This document shows, one piece after another, positions 40,301 through 48,630 of a stretch of DNA of 64,000 nucleotides. This stretch comes from a virus. Both the position numbers and the translations under genes were made by a program. The stretch covers positions 64,001-128,000 of the IMG/VR virus record IMGVR_UViG_3300025849_000010. One strand, written 5' to 3'. Under the pieces are notes generated by a model. It saw nothing but the letters and a program-made list of their open reading frames with translations. It did no database searches and was not told the DNA's origin. Positions within the stretch are counted from its first letter, which is position 1, and every line of letters starts with the position of its first letter.

Positions 40301-43300
40301 AGTTGGTGACTTCATTGTTGCAGAAAACAGAACTGGTAACATTACATTTAAAAACACAGTTACAGTTGGTGAACTTTCAGCACTGAAACTTGCAGTTTCG
40401 GATGTTGTTATTGAAGCAATTTCAACTGATCCAGGACTAGGCGACAACGAACCAGGTGGTGCTACAGATACACGTTTGATTACGCAGAATGCAGCACGTA
40501 GCTTCTTAGCAAACAGACTAGGTGACTTCATTGACAAGAACGTATCTACTAACTCAGTTAGTGGTGCTGTTCCGCAGATGAACGCACAAGGCTTGTTAAA
40601 CTCGGATATTATTCCAGCAACACGTAACTTTAGTTTGTTCACAACAGATAAGAAGTTTGGTAGATTTAACCTAACTGATGATATTCCTGCGCAGGAACCG
40701 CTACAAGGCGATATTGCACAAGAACGTTACTCACGTACATTCTTTACATTAAGTGCGCCAATAGCATTGAATGAAGACGATGTTATTATTGAATTAAACA
40801 CTGGAGCAACTGCTATTGTTGATGAAGACAACGGCGGCGCGGCTACTGTTTATCTTGCTAACATCGAAGGAACGTTTAGTAATAATATTAGCGGAAACGT
40901 ACTTAATGTAAGAGGAAGTAACACTACTACATATATTACTAATACTGGTTCAAGTGAAGTACGAGACATTCAGTACACAATGGTACAAGACTCGTCGAGT
41001 CAGTTCCTAAGATACTTACCATCAGGCGCAGCTTTTGTTAATGGACAAACCATTACAGCAGCTAATTCAAAGACACAAGGTGTAATTACCGGTCAAGTTG
41101 AAGGTGTTGCATTGGCACTTGATCTTGGAAATATTAGTACAGGTAATGGATATGTTCCATCAACTGGTTCACAAACATATAAGGGTGTTGTACTTTCAAA
41201 TGTTAGCGGAACAGGCACAGGTGCTATTGCAGACATTAGTGTAACCAACGGCAAAGTTACAAACGTTGACCTTACAAGAGGCGGCAGCGGATATGCTGTT
41301 GGTAATGCATTAACTGCAACAGTTGACCAACTAGGCGGACAGAACACACAAGACTTCCAGGTTAGCATACTTGGAGTTGATAATAGAGTGTTTGTTGAGT
41401 TGCTAGCAGGAAAGTTTGTTGCTACAACAAGTTCAAATGATTATACTGAAGACGGCAACGCAGTAGTAACTACTGTACCGTTAGGAAATACAACACTTAC
41501 TGCATTTAATGCTGACACTATTGGCAACGGCGGTAATGTTGATTATCCAACTTCACGAATAACAATTAATTCGCATATATTTGATAACGGAGATGTAGTT
41601 AACTATGCTAGTTCACCAAATCCAGCAATTGGCGGATTTATACAAGGTGAAAGTTACTTTGTTAAAGTTGTTGATGCAAACACTATTGAACTTTACAACA
41701 GATACGATTTAAATGCTGCAAATAAAGTAATATTTACTTCCAGTTCTACAGGCACACATGCGTTTATTATTAACTATGTTGACACACGTAAAGATCGCAT
41801 TTATGCACAGGACCACGGATTTACTAACGGACAAGCATTCCGTTTTGTAGGAGCTAATCCTCCAACTGGCATGGCAAGCGGCGGATACTACTATGCTGGT
41901 ACAGTAAGTCAGAATACATTCTCGGTACACGAATTCCAGCAAGACGCAGAAAACAGTGTTAATGGAGTAACTCAAGGTGCTATTAACTTTATTCAAACTG
42001 GTAGCGGTAGTGCAGACTTTATTCACCAAAATATTACAATTTACGGAGAAGTTAACACATCAGGTAATGTAGAAACTAACTGGGCACTAACTGGTAGTGC
42101 AAACGTAGACGCATCAAACATTGTGTCGGGTGTTATTAGTACATCACGTTTGGCAGCAGTTGGTACAGCGAATAGTGATACTTACTTAAAAGGTGACAGC
42201 AGTTGGGATTATGCAACACGTACAGTTCGTACAGCACTTAATTCACCGCTTAACATAACTGGTAACTTCTATACAAGCGGCGGTCAAAACTTCTACTTCA
42301 AGAACACACAGTTTGATATTGACAGAACTGATGGCACTTTAGGTAACCAAAGTTTCACTAACCTTGGTGTTGCAGCATTTAGTAAAGCACAGTTTAACGT
42401 AAACTCAGGTGAAGTTGAACTAAAAGCAGGAGTACTAGATGCAGGAACACTAGACGGACTAGATAGTCAATACTTCCTAGATCCAGGAAACTTACTAAAT
42501 CCAGTTCCTGTATCACGTGGCGGTACACAGATAGATCAATATATTGCCGGGGATATGATTTATGCAACATCTCCAACAACACTAAACAGACTGCCAATTG
42601 GTAGTCAAGGTGCTGTTATGGTTGTTGATGAATTAGGGAACCCAGCATGGTCAAATGACGTTGCTCCGTTTGTTGAAGATACTAATAACTTCGGTGTTTC
42701 AAGACCACTAGAAATACGACATGACGTAACAAATACTCCAGCAGTTGGCATTGGTGTTGGTATGCAGTTCCAGGTTGAAACTGCTAACAATAACAGAGAA
42801 GTTGGCGGCACTATTGACGCTGTTGCATCAGACGTAACATTTGGTTCAGAAGACTTTAGCTTTAAGTTTAACTTAATGGCAGCAGGCTTCTTAGCAGAGC
42901 GTATGGTACTAGACTCATTAGGTAACTTAGCTATTGACGGTGACTTAAATGTTGACGGTGGTGATATTAAAACTACTAAAACAAGTGCAACTGTATACGA
43001 TACTACAGTTACATCACTAAGCATTGGTAGAGCTGCAACTTCAGTTACTATTGGCGCAGATAAAACTGGTGAACTAAGAGTACGAAATGCAACTCTAGTA
43101 GTTGGCGGTGACTCAATAGAAACACAGCCAGTTGATGCAAAAATTAAAGCACCAAATTCACTAGGTACTAACAAGCAAGGTCCAGATTTAACTATTCAAG
43201 GCGGCGCAAGTACAGGTAGTGGCGTAGCAGGATCAGTATTCATTGATACTGGTGCTAGTGGATCAAGCGGCAGTACTTCAAATACACAAGTAAATCGTGT

Positions 43301-46097
43301 AGAAATTAGCGGATCAGACAATCATACACATAACTTAGACTTTGGTAGAAGTTCACAAGGTACGCAGCAAATTGGTAAGGTTGGTGTTAAAGGTCCTATT
43401 ACTGGACAGTTTAACGTTAACGGTTCGGTATTAGAACTAACGCCAGGCGCCGGTACAGGTTCGGGACAAGGTGCTAAAGTTAACATTTACGGTTCAAATA
43501 GTATCGGTTCTGGTAGTGGCATACAAAGTAGTGAACTAATTGCAAGTTTCTCAGGAGACGCTATTAGACTAAACAAAGATGTTATTACACAAGCAACTAG
43601 CTTAGGCACAAATCAATCAACATTTGATCTTGTTAATGATACTGCAACAACACTTAATATTGGTGGCGCTGCAACAGCTATTGACATCGGTGCATCAAGT
43701 GGTTACTTGCACGTTAACTCCGCTGACCAAGCAGTTAGTACTACAACAGGTGCGCTACGTGTAGACGGAGGCGGTAGTTTTGGTAAGAACTTGTATGTTG
43801 GTGGTAACTTAGTTGCTGCTGAACTTACACTAACTGGTGCTATTGATGGTAACAGTTACAATGTAGGCGGTATTGAAGTAATTGACACTAACAGACGCTT
43901 TATTTCAAGCGGTGGCACAACTGGTGAACTTTCAAAAGTACACGGCATTAGCTTTGACTGGGACGGCAACTACGGCGCAGTCGGCGGTTATGTAAACCAT
44001 GGTATTAGTTCACGTAACGAAACTTGGGGAGCTAACGATAGTTTAAGTATTAACTCGTACAACAATGTTAACGTAAGACTTGATACTAACTCTAACAATG
44101 CTGCTGCAAGTACATTCTTCCGCATTAACAATGACGTAAGTCAAACTAATGGTAACATTGTACTAAGTGCAAGAGGCGACGGCAAGGTTGGTATTAACAA
44201 AGATCCAAGCGGTACTTACAACTTAGATGTTGGCGGTAGCTTTAATGCTACAACTGGTTACATTAACGGTGGTGCAATTTGGACTGACGCTAATGACGGT
44301 GATGGCTCAGGCTTAAACGCAGACTTGCTAGACGGCTTACATGCATCCAGCTTCCTACGTGTTGATACTGGTGCTGCATTTAGTGGTGGTGTATTTAAGA
44401 TTAGTGCTCCTGCAACAACAATTCAAAACACTGGCGAAGTTAACACATTACAGTTATATCAAGGCAACGGTGCTAATAGTTACGATGCATTTATGACATT
44501 CCATATTGGCGGTGACTATGCTGTACACTTTGGTTTAGATGGAAGTACAAACGATCTAGCATACGGCGGTTGGTCAGCTGGTGCAGTTGCACATAAAGTA
44601 TGGCACGCTGGTAATGATGGTAGTGGCAGTGGACTTGATGCAGACTTGTTAGATGGACAAGATAGTGCATTCTTCCGTAACGCAAGTAATATTAATGCTG
44701 GTACTTTCCCAGATAGATTTAGTAGTAGCGAACGTTACAACATTGGATTTATTGACGGTTACGGCGGCGATAGCTACGACAAACTGCGTGTATGGAATAG
44801 TGGTTCGTACTCAATAGGTATGCACAGTGGCCAAACAATGGGTTGGCTAAACGACTATGCTATGACATTCACAATGAATAACGATAGTGATCGTGGCTTT
44901 AAATGGCGTCATGAAAGTGATGGTGTTGCTGATGGTGCTATGGCACTTACAACAGATGGTCGTTTAACAGTTAAGCAGTTCATCTCAGTAGGTAATCAAA
45001 CTACACGTTACCTAAGAGAACCAACAGGTAACTACGGTTCGATTCAGATTAGCGGTAGTGGATTTGGTAACTGGGAAGGCTTTAGCATTGACGGTCGTGC
45101 AGTATTCATGCATGACGGTGGCACTGCAACTGGTATCTTCAACGATGTAGATAACGAATGGTTGTTCTACGGTGTACACAACGCACAAACTGAAATGATG
45201 CATAATGGTAGTTGGAAAGTTCAAACACGTTCCAATGGTGCAAACATTGCAGGCGAGCTATATGTTGATAACTGGGTACGCATTGAAAGCAATTCAGGTA
45301 TTTACTGGGAAGGTGGCAACTATGCTGGATGGCACATTTATCCACAAGCAACTAACAGAATCCACATGCGTTCAGCTAACAGCGGAAGTTGTGAAGTTTC
45401 TCTTGCTAACAGTGCAAACACTATCTATGGTAGATTATATGCAGATGATGCATCACAAGGCTTCCTAAACGAAGATGGCAACTGGGCACTACGTAGCTAC
45501 AACAACGACGGTGTTTCACCTGGTTGGAGATTCTACGAAAACGGTAACGAAAGCTGGACAGGCAACCCAGGTAATGACGTTGGTAAGATTGAATATCACG
45601 CTAACAGATTCTACATTGCATCAGGTGCTAACTCCGATCGTGTTGTACAGTTTAGACGTGATGGAACAGATGTTTCATACGTTGATAACAGTGGTGTTTA
45701 CCAAGGTACTGCTGCAAGTGCTAACTGGGCTGACTTGGCAGAGAAATACTTAGCTGACGAAGTTTACGCACACGGTACTGTACTTGCTATTGGTGGCGAT
45801 GCTGAAGTTACATTGTTCAAACCAGGCATGAAACTAGCAGGCGTTGTTTCAACACAGCCGGGCTTGATGATGAACCAAACAGACGATAACAGAGATGATC
45901 CGATGTGGCCGTTCGTTGCACTTAAAGGTCGTGTACCAGTTATGATTAATGGTTCAGCTAAGAAAGGCCAGTATATCATTGCAGATCAAGACGGTAAAGG
46001 TCGTGCTGTAGACGAACTAAGTACTATAGCAGAATACACTTTATTAATTGGTACTGCATTAGAAGATGGTACAGATGTAGTTGAAGTGAAGGTATAA
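34335..46097 (+). CDS. Giant (3920 aa) tail fibre/structural protein
   Basis: N-terminal LDLGEIAINTADGKMF attachment motif; seven CxRD repeats; HG(L/F)xxG modules; DGxGSGLxADLLDG fibre repeats; C-terminal ADLAEKY...GVVST.P...VALKGRVPV chaperone-like domain; TAAATA at 34292-34297. Confidence 0.85.
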   Translation: MANKILHKRNNVSGQEPLAEQLDLGEIAINTADGKMFIKQSDGSIKDVTQQIEKGDTRVVVNDQGNGVVTMEVDGIEKLRVDGTKVYVSDDLEIDDQGSIKLKELGQFGSSSVNIKAPPELEESYDIILPDTDARKGQILQNLGFGQTKWSDPGSLGGNRVYVSAEYGDDTNDGRTGAVKTIKRAAQIASDGIFTPVVDPGESAYAAKDLLEVNRTFLQTEVLNFSTKAFNITYDQAKCERDVGLIIDAIENDLRFGGDAATSHAGAAYSLESSALVKQAQDVATSYGLQRARDLAKSVVTNTPIIDTTQVAVAQQFDGTKTATASEAATVESLGQKVVDFYDNGVGEAPNETQTQDVGLLNAETLIDNNKTFIQNEVIAFLNNKYSGFSFDAAKCSRDTGYIVDAANFDLLYSGNAESHYAGITYLNATASLVRSDQKQETLAGIDYARSLAEKVVLGQQVDYLYQTTVAQNTELTPGTQTEATTVFNNISKVYSILNNGIGTANGVVTTDAGKLNSETLIDQNQDFIKEEVIGYLTTTYPGFSYDQNKCRRDVGYILDAISYDLTHGGNNESIQAALAYYQWTAKDAVNLQLAETRAGITYAIDLAKLVIVNQDPATSYQGIFAQFKDAGNPGDATSQTILTGLGSLIDDIITDGDSTTIGLDIDPNNSVPSAVQDTVNANAILAANKEFIQAEVVAFIEENFGNFNYDPVACERDVGLIVDAVKFDIEHGGDAESIFAGISYYNNVTTGTGEITGDAIEVLRKQLQPTLDAVEYARDLLANVVLQNAVSNLYQSGTTQTFDGTNPSTTSVAQTVFNRANTILTILKNGLGTTNSFTKTTGIGALNTEALLQANTAFLQEEVLGYINNQYPGLTYDQASCRRDVELIVDAIAYDLTHGGNTNSIAAGTAYYRQAAALVVTGQSTETLAGLVHLKELAQKVVRNVTVDVTYSATPQVFDGANPGDVTSANTVGTLADIVIDIVDDGLSPYINITANGALTTDQDILDAGALIASNKLFIQKEVVAYVDGSWINFSSNYNQTTCSRDVGLILDAINFDLTWGGTSNAVAAGIAYFKQSSQLTLQRQLVQTIDGIMHAIRLAQQVVENYPVVSFQNTAAQVTDNLNPGSAEAITKIAELGALIEDIVIDGASATAGVTIFGNGIVPNSNIAVQNAADLIALNRSFIQAEVVSYINTYFTNFTYDTDFCYRDVGLFIDAIQYDLIFGGNERAIEAGKSYYIGNTIVIPGQEFQTVLANRYFQSLVDNILQNIVNKKLYQNVTGQITDPTKIVDGTTLGIVEAEFNTIVDIIENGPTSPNIPTEVEGAFNISYTTIMVSTGEYKEDNPVIIPDYVSIVGDNLRTTIIRPLNANQDIFRIRNGAYLLGVTFKDGLDAFNVPSFTGRYCTAFDDPFDTGVDRTGYIGLRDRPLITQSPYIQNVSIISFLGLSGCLVDGSKVITPNVPRFAIEAENPVFGETPEQGKSMVANAYTMLSFGGIGWRLTNDAYAQIVSCFQIFLGNGCWCQSGAYLSVTNSATNFGLYALRSSGYSANSFVFDRGVIAEVGAQASQQKLITVGTKRTPVNQFVIRLYDDDEYNNLANDITNSFKTIPNIVYFNAGELGELYGDAANYEVVAVGSTTFTVQIGSGKNLGSWVEGGTVDINGAFNPAAVLSASYNNTNGALEIEVTTLPNIGDIVTLTTLTFDGTNYPVNEEGSLSLEDNTITIPGHGLVTGDALTYRRNGNIEINGFADQGLYYVEVLTDDIIRLYQDDSRGFVADIIDVSTGQHYFETQTEEFFIDDIILDADSNKLTHNKYQVLTLAPGTYNFEPGDTIEATTGVYRNKAFVYTYEAATRQLTVSVEKADNSGSLTRIFFDATSIIDRDSSAIPQSNIPVTGFTSRTDLFTAEFTIDPTIVGGVLTNTGALKGTFIRLHRPSIVNSSSHTWEYAGSGTDYNALPQNGGITREEFEQFSDLPGRVYSSGTNELGDFKVGDFIVAENRTGNITFKNTVTVGELSALKLAVSDVVIEAISTDPGLGDNEPGGATDTRLITQNAARSFLANRLGDFIDKNVSTNSVSGAVPQMNAQGLLNSDIIPATRNFSLFTTDKKFGRFNLTDDIPAQEPLQGDIAQERYSRTFFTLSAPIALNEDDVIIELNTGATAIVDEDNGGAATVYLANIEGTFSNNISGNVLNVRGSNTTTYITNTGSSEVRDIQYTMVQDSSSQFLRYLPSGAAFVNGQTITAANSKTQGVITGQVEGVALALDLGNISTGNGYVPSTGSQTYKGVVLSNVSGTGTGAIADISVTNGKVTNVDLTRGGSGYAVGNALTATVDQLGGQNTQDFQVSILGVDNRVFVELLAGKFVATTSSNDYTEDGNAVVTTVPLGNTTLTAFNADTIGNGGNVDYPTSRITINSHIFDNGDVVNYASSPNPAIGGFIQGESYFVKVVDANTIELYNRYDLNAANKVIFTSSSTGTHAFIINYVDTRKDRIYAQDHGFTNGQAFRFVGANPPTGMASGGYYYAGTVSQNTFSVHEFQQDAENSVNGVTQGAINFIQTGSGSADFIHQNITIYGEVNTSGNVETNWALTGSANVDASNIVSGVISTSRLAAVGTANSDTYLKGDSSWDYATRTVRTALNSPLNITGNFYTSGGQNFYFKNTQFDIDRTDGTLGNQSFTNLGVAAFSKAQFNVNSGEVELKAGVLDAGTLDGLDSQYFLDPGNLLNPVPVSRGGTQIDQYIAGDMIYATSPTTLNRLPIGSQGAVMVVDELGNPAWSNDVAPFVEDTNNFGVSRPLEIRHDVTNTPAVGIGVGMQFQVETANNNREVGGTIDAVASDVTFGSEDFSFKFNLMAAGFLAERMVLDSLGNLAIDGDLNVDGGDIKTTKTSATVYDTTVTSLSIGRAATSVTIGADKTGELRVRNATLVVGGDSIETQPVDAKIKAPNSLGTNKQGPDLTIQGGASTGSGVAGSVFIDTGASGSSGSTSNTQVNRVEISGSDNHTHNLDFGRSSQGTQQIGKVGVKGPITGQFNVNGSVLELTPGAGTGSGQGAKVNIYGSNSIGSGSGIQSSELIASFSGDAIRLNKDVITQATSLGTNQSTFDLVNDTATTLNIGGAATAIDIGASSGYLHVNSADQAVSTTTGALRVDGGGSFGKNLYVGGNLVAAELTLTGAIDGNSYNVGGIEVIDTNRRFISSGGTTGELSKVHGISFDWDGNYGAVGGYVNHGISSRNETWGANDSLSINSYNNVNVRLDTNSNNAAASTFFRINNDVSQTNGNIVLSARGDGKVGINKDPSGTYNLDVGGSFNATTGYINGGAIWTDANDGDGSGLNADLLDGLHASSFLRVDTGAAFSGGVFKISAPATTIQNTGEVNTLQLYQGNGANSYDAFMTFHIGGDYAVHFGLDGSTNDLAYGGWSAGAVAHKVWHAGNDGSGSGLDADLLDGQDSAFFRNASNINAGTFPDRFSSSERYNIGFIDGYGGDSYDKLRVWNSGSYSIGMHSGQTMGWLNDYAMTFTMNNDSDRGFKWRHESDGVADGAMALTTDGRLTVKQFISVGNQTTRYLREPTGNYGSIQISGSGFGNWEGFSIDGRAVFMHDGGTATGIFNDVDNEWLFYGVHNAQTEMMHNGSWKVQTRSNGANIAGELYVDNWVRIESNSGIYWEGGNYAGWHIYPQATNRIHMRSANSGSCEVSLANSANTIYGRLYADDASQGFLNEDGNWALRSYNNDGVSPGWRFYENGNESWTGNPGNDVGKIEYHANRFYIASGANSDRVVQFRRDGTDVSYVDNSGVYQGTAASANWADLAEKYLADEVYAHGTVLAIGGDAEVTLFKPGMKLAGVVSTQPGLMMNQTDDNRDDPMWPFVALKGRVPVMINGSAKKGQYIIADQDGKGRAVDELSTIAEYTLLIGTALEDGTDVVEVKV
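34950..38280 (+). repeat. Seven tandem ~155-167 aa protein repeats with invariant CxRD
   Basis: Cys codons at 35049, 35520, 35985, 36477, 36978, 37464, 37953 (residues 239, 396, 551, 715, 882, 1044, 1207). Outer boundaries approximate. Confidence 0.9.
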
Positions 46098-46100
46098 TTT

Positions 46101-46475
46101 ATGGGAAACATGACAAGAGCCTCGGCAAGAGATTACTTTACCGGAAATGCCGGGGCTCAGTTACGAGGATTTGACAAAACTATTAACTTTGCTGCTACAG
46201 TGTATGTTACAGGAAACGTGGACGGTGGCCGTGCTGGAACTGCATATGGTAATAGACGTTATGAATACGTAAATGCACCTAACAGTGATTACAACGGAAA
46301 TGTTTATCCAAATACTACACAAGTAGATGCAACCCAATTAATTGATCAAGCACTTGATGCAATACAACGAACTTGCGATTTAATTGAAGGTCGTATTAGC
46401 AATAGTTACTTTGATTGGAGAATATGTCACGCAAGTTGTCATTATAGCTGCCACGGATCAAGAGGGAGAAGATAA
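46101..46475 (+). CDS. Putative radical-SAM substrate protein A, C-terminal (CHxS)3-RGRR
   Basis: Ends WRICHASCHYSCHGSRGRR; starts 3 nt after the fibre stop; paralog of the next gene. Confidence 0.75.
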   Translation: MGNMTRASARDYFTGNAGAQLRGFDKTINFAATVYVTGNVDGGRAGTAYGNRRYEYVNAPNSDYNGNVYPNTTQVDATQLIDQALDAIQRTCDLIEGRISNSYFDWRICHASCHYSCHGSRGRR

Positions 46476-46647
46476 TGGCAGGATTAAGTCATGCACAATT
46501 AGAAGCTCGGTACTATGGTAATGCATATACAAGAATACGCACATTTGATAAAACTATTAACGTAGCAGCTACAGTATATTATGCGCGATATAATGGTAGT
46601 GGCCAAGGAACTGCATATGGTAATAGACGTTATGAATACGTAAATGC
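46236..46647 (+). repeat. 41 bp exact direct repeat shared by the two substrate genes (46236-46276 and 46607-46647)
   Basis: ggaactgcatatggtaatagacgttatgaatacgtaaatgc occurs in both; encodes GTAYGNRRYEYVNA. Confidence 0.9.
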
Positions 46648-46858
46648 CGGGCAAGGTGCCTTTGCTAATACAGATATTCCAAATGGTGTAGGTGACAATT
46701 TATTAATAAGAGCAGGTGATATACAAACATTTGCTTCAAATGCAATCAGCAGAACAGTAAATGGCATAGAAGGAAGAATTACAAATTCGTATTTCGACTT
46801 TAGAATATGCCATTCAAGTTGCCATTATAGCTGCCACGGCAGCAGAGGGAGAAGATAA
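46475..46858 (+). CDS. Putative radical-SAM substrate protein B, C-terminal (CHxS)3-RGRR
   Basis: Ends FRICHSSCHYSCHGSRGRR; TAATG overlap with the previous gene. Confidence 0.75.
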   Translation: MAGLSHAQLEARYYGNAYTRIRTFDKTINVAATVYYARYNGSGQGTAYGNRRYEYVNAGQGAFANTDIPNGVGDNLLIRAGDIQTFASNAISRTVNGIEGRITNSYFDFRICHSSCHYSCHGSRGRR

Positions 46859-47920
46859 ATGATAGGCGAAAGTTTTTACTATATCAGTAATAAAAAATAC
46901 TTAGGACGATCTACTGCAATGCTTTCGGCATTATCAGAAAGTCCGTGGAGCGGAGTTCAATCAAGACGTATTAGCATAATAATGCCAGATGGACATAGTG
47001 CAGTGCAAGAAAGTTATGCATCGTCGTTAAGTAATGATTATCCATTAGCAAACGCTGAAGATATGATAACATTTGCTAATTATAGCGATATTGATTCTTG
47101 GGAATATCTCAATAACAATACTAAGGAATTTTTATTATTTGAATCAGCGCATGAGTTTTTGAAGATGTATGCAAAGTATACAGCTTCGCTATTAAAAACA
47201 ACAACTAACAAAGATGTTAAACAAGTTGTTAAGGAATTTATTGTATTAGCAACTACTAGAGATGTAACATACTCGACAATGGGCGATTACAATGAAGGCG
47301 ATATCAATGCAGCAGTAGAGGAAGTATTTGCAGAAAACGTATTCTATGATATTCCTAATGCAACCAGTAAGCACTGGGGTTACGATATTCTTTTCTTTAT
47401 TAATGACAAGTACAATGAAAATGAAACCTATGCAGAAATTAATGTAACAACAACTGCATTTTTAAGAGAAAAGTTTACAGTACATAGTGATAAAATGATT
47501 CATGAAGTTATTAGTATGTTACAATCTAAAATTGGTTATGTAAGTGTTATTAACAATATTATTGATTGGTTTAATAATAACGGAAATACAGAATGGAATA
47601 GAGCTGAGTTTGTGAAAGATGTATTTCAAAATACGAATCGCATGCAAGCACTATACAGATTACGTGACTTTTGGAACGATGTAGGTTCTAATAAAGAATT
47701 AATGACATTAATTGACGGGCATGACGAATGGGAATACGAAGAAGTATATAAAGAGTTTGCTAGAACTATTCCAATTGTCATACAAATTGCAGAGGGCGGA
47801 TTTAATTTTGCAAATAACGAAGCACTAAGAAGTGCATGGAGCGAGGTAGAGTTTTTCTATAAACGTAAAAGTCGTATTCCTTATTTGCTGTTTAAAATAT
47901 TACCACTTGTACCGGAGTAA
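46859..47920 (+). CDS. Hypothetical protein in the radical-SAM cluster
   Basis: 353 aa ORF abutting substrate B; no motif recognised. Confidence 0.7.
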   Translation: MIGESFYYISNKKYLGRSTAMLSALSESPWSGVQSRRISIIMPDGHSAVQESYASSLSNDYPLANAEDMITFANYSDIDSWEYLNNNTKEFLLFESAHEFLKMYAKYTASLLKTTTNKDVKQVVKEFIVLATTRDVTYSTMGDYNEGDINAAVEEVFAENVFYDIPNATSKHWGYDILFFINDKYNENETYAEINVTTTAFLREKFTVHSDKMIHEVISMLQSKIGYVSVINNIIDWFNNNGNTEWNRAEFVKDVFQNTNRMQALYRLRDFWNDVGSNKELMTLIDGHDEWEYEEVYKEFARTIPIVIQIAEGGFNFANNEALRSAWSEVEFFYKRKSRIPYLLFKILPLVPE

Positions 47921-47922
47921 AA

Positions 47923-48630
47923 ATGACACAAGAAAATTACACACTGCCACTAAGTCCAACAGATTTAGCAGAAATATATAAAATAAAAACAAGCTCGGAA
48001 GATTACGTTCTCAAGGTTGATTATTTTAAAAGTAAGGAAGTACTGTCAGTAAAACATATACTCGTATATATTGCTAACACTAACTTTAAAGTACAGTTTG
48101 AAGGCATTGACGATGAATTAATAAATGAATATATAATTTCTAATTTTATGGTTGATTGTCCGTTACTTTCTAGATACATTACGTTAATTGCTAAACGTAA
48201 ACTAGGACAGGAATATAATCAAGTTGACCAAGCATTAAATACTATAATGTCTGATGCTGACATTGATTCATATTTAGAAAAGAATGGCGAATTATTTGAC
48301 GACTTGTTAGATAAACTAAAACATGTTACACTGTTTTGTTTAGATCAAGCTGGCAAATATGCCGACAAGTACAAAGAATTTATACCAGAAGAGATTGAAC
48401 GTGCAGATGAAGAAACTCAAATTGGACTAAATATTGTATATATTGCAACATACTCGTTGGACTTGTTGTATTTGTTAGGTAATAAATTTGGTCCGTGGCC
48501 TACTAATAAATTAAATGTTAGAGTGTTTAATGATGTTAGTAAGTATCAAGGAGCAGACCTATATAATACATTACTAAAATATGGTGTTGCAACTAGTATG
48601 TTAGAATTATTTGACGAGGAATCAGCATAA
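47923..48630 (+). CDS. Hypothetical protein in the radical-SAM cluster
   Basis: 235 aa ORF with TAATG overlap to the first radical-SAM gene; no motif recognised. Confidence 0.7.
   Translation: MTQENYTLPLSPTDLAEIYKIKTSSEDYVLKVDYFKSKEVLSVKHILVYIANTNFKVQFEGIDDELINEYIISNFMVDCPLLSRYITLIAKRKLGQEYNQVDQALNTIMSDADIDSYLEKNGELFDDLLDKLKHVTLFCLDQAGKYADKYKEFIPEEIERADEETQIGLNIVYIATYSLDLLYLLGNKFGPWPTNKLNVRVFNDVSKYQGADLYNTLLKYGVATSMLELFDEESA

Noticed and set aside
46236-46647. 41 bp repeat as a CRISPR array or DGR template/variable repeat
   Set aside because: Only two identical in-frame coding copies; no spacers, no adenine-specific mismatches, no cas or reverse transcriptase in the window.
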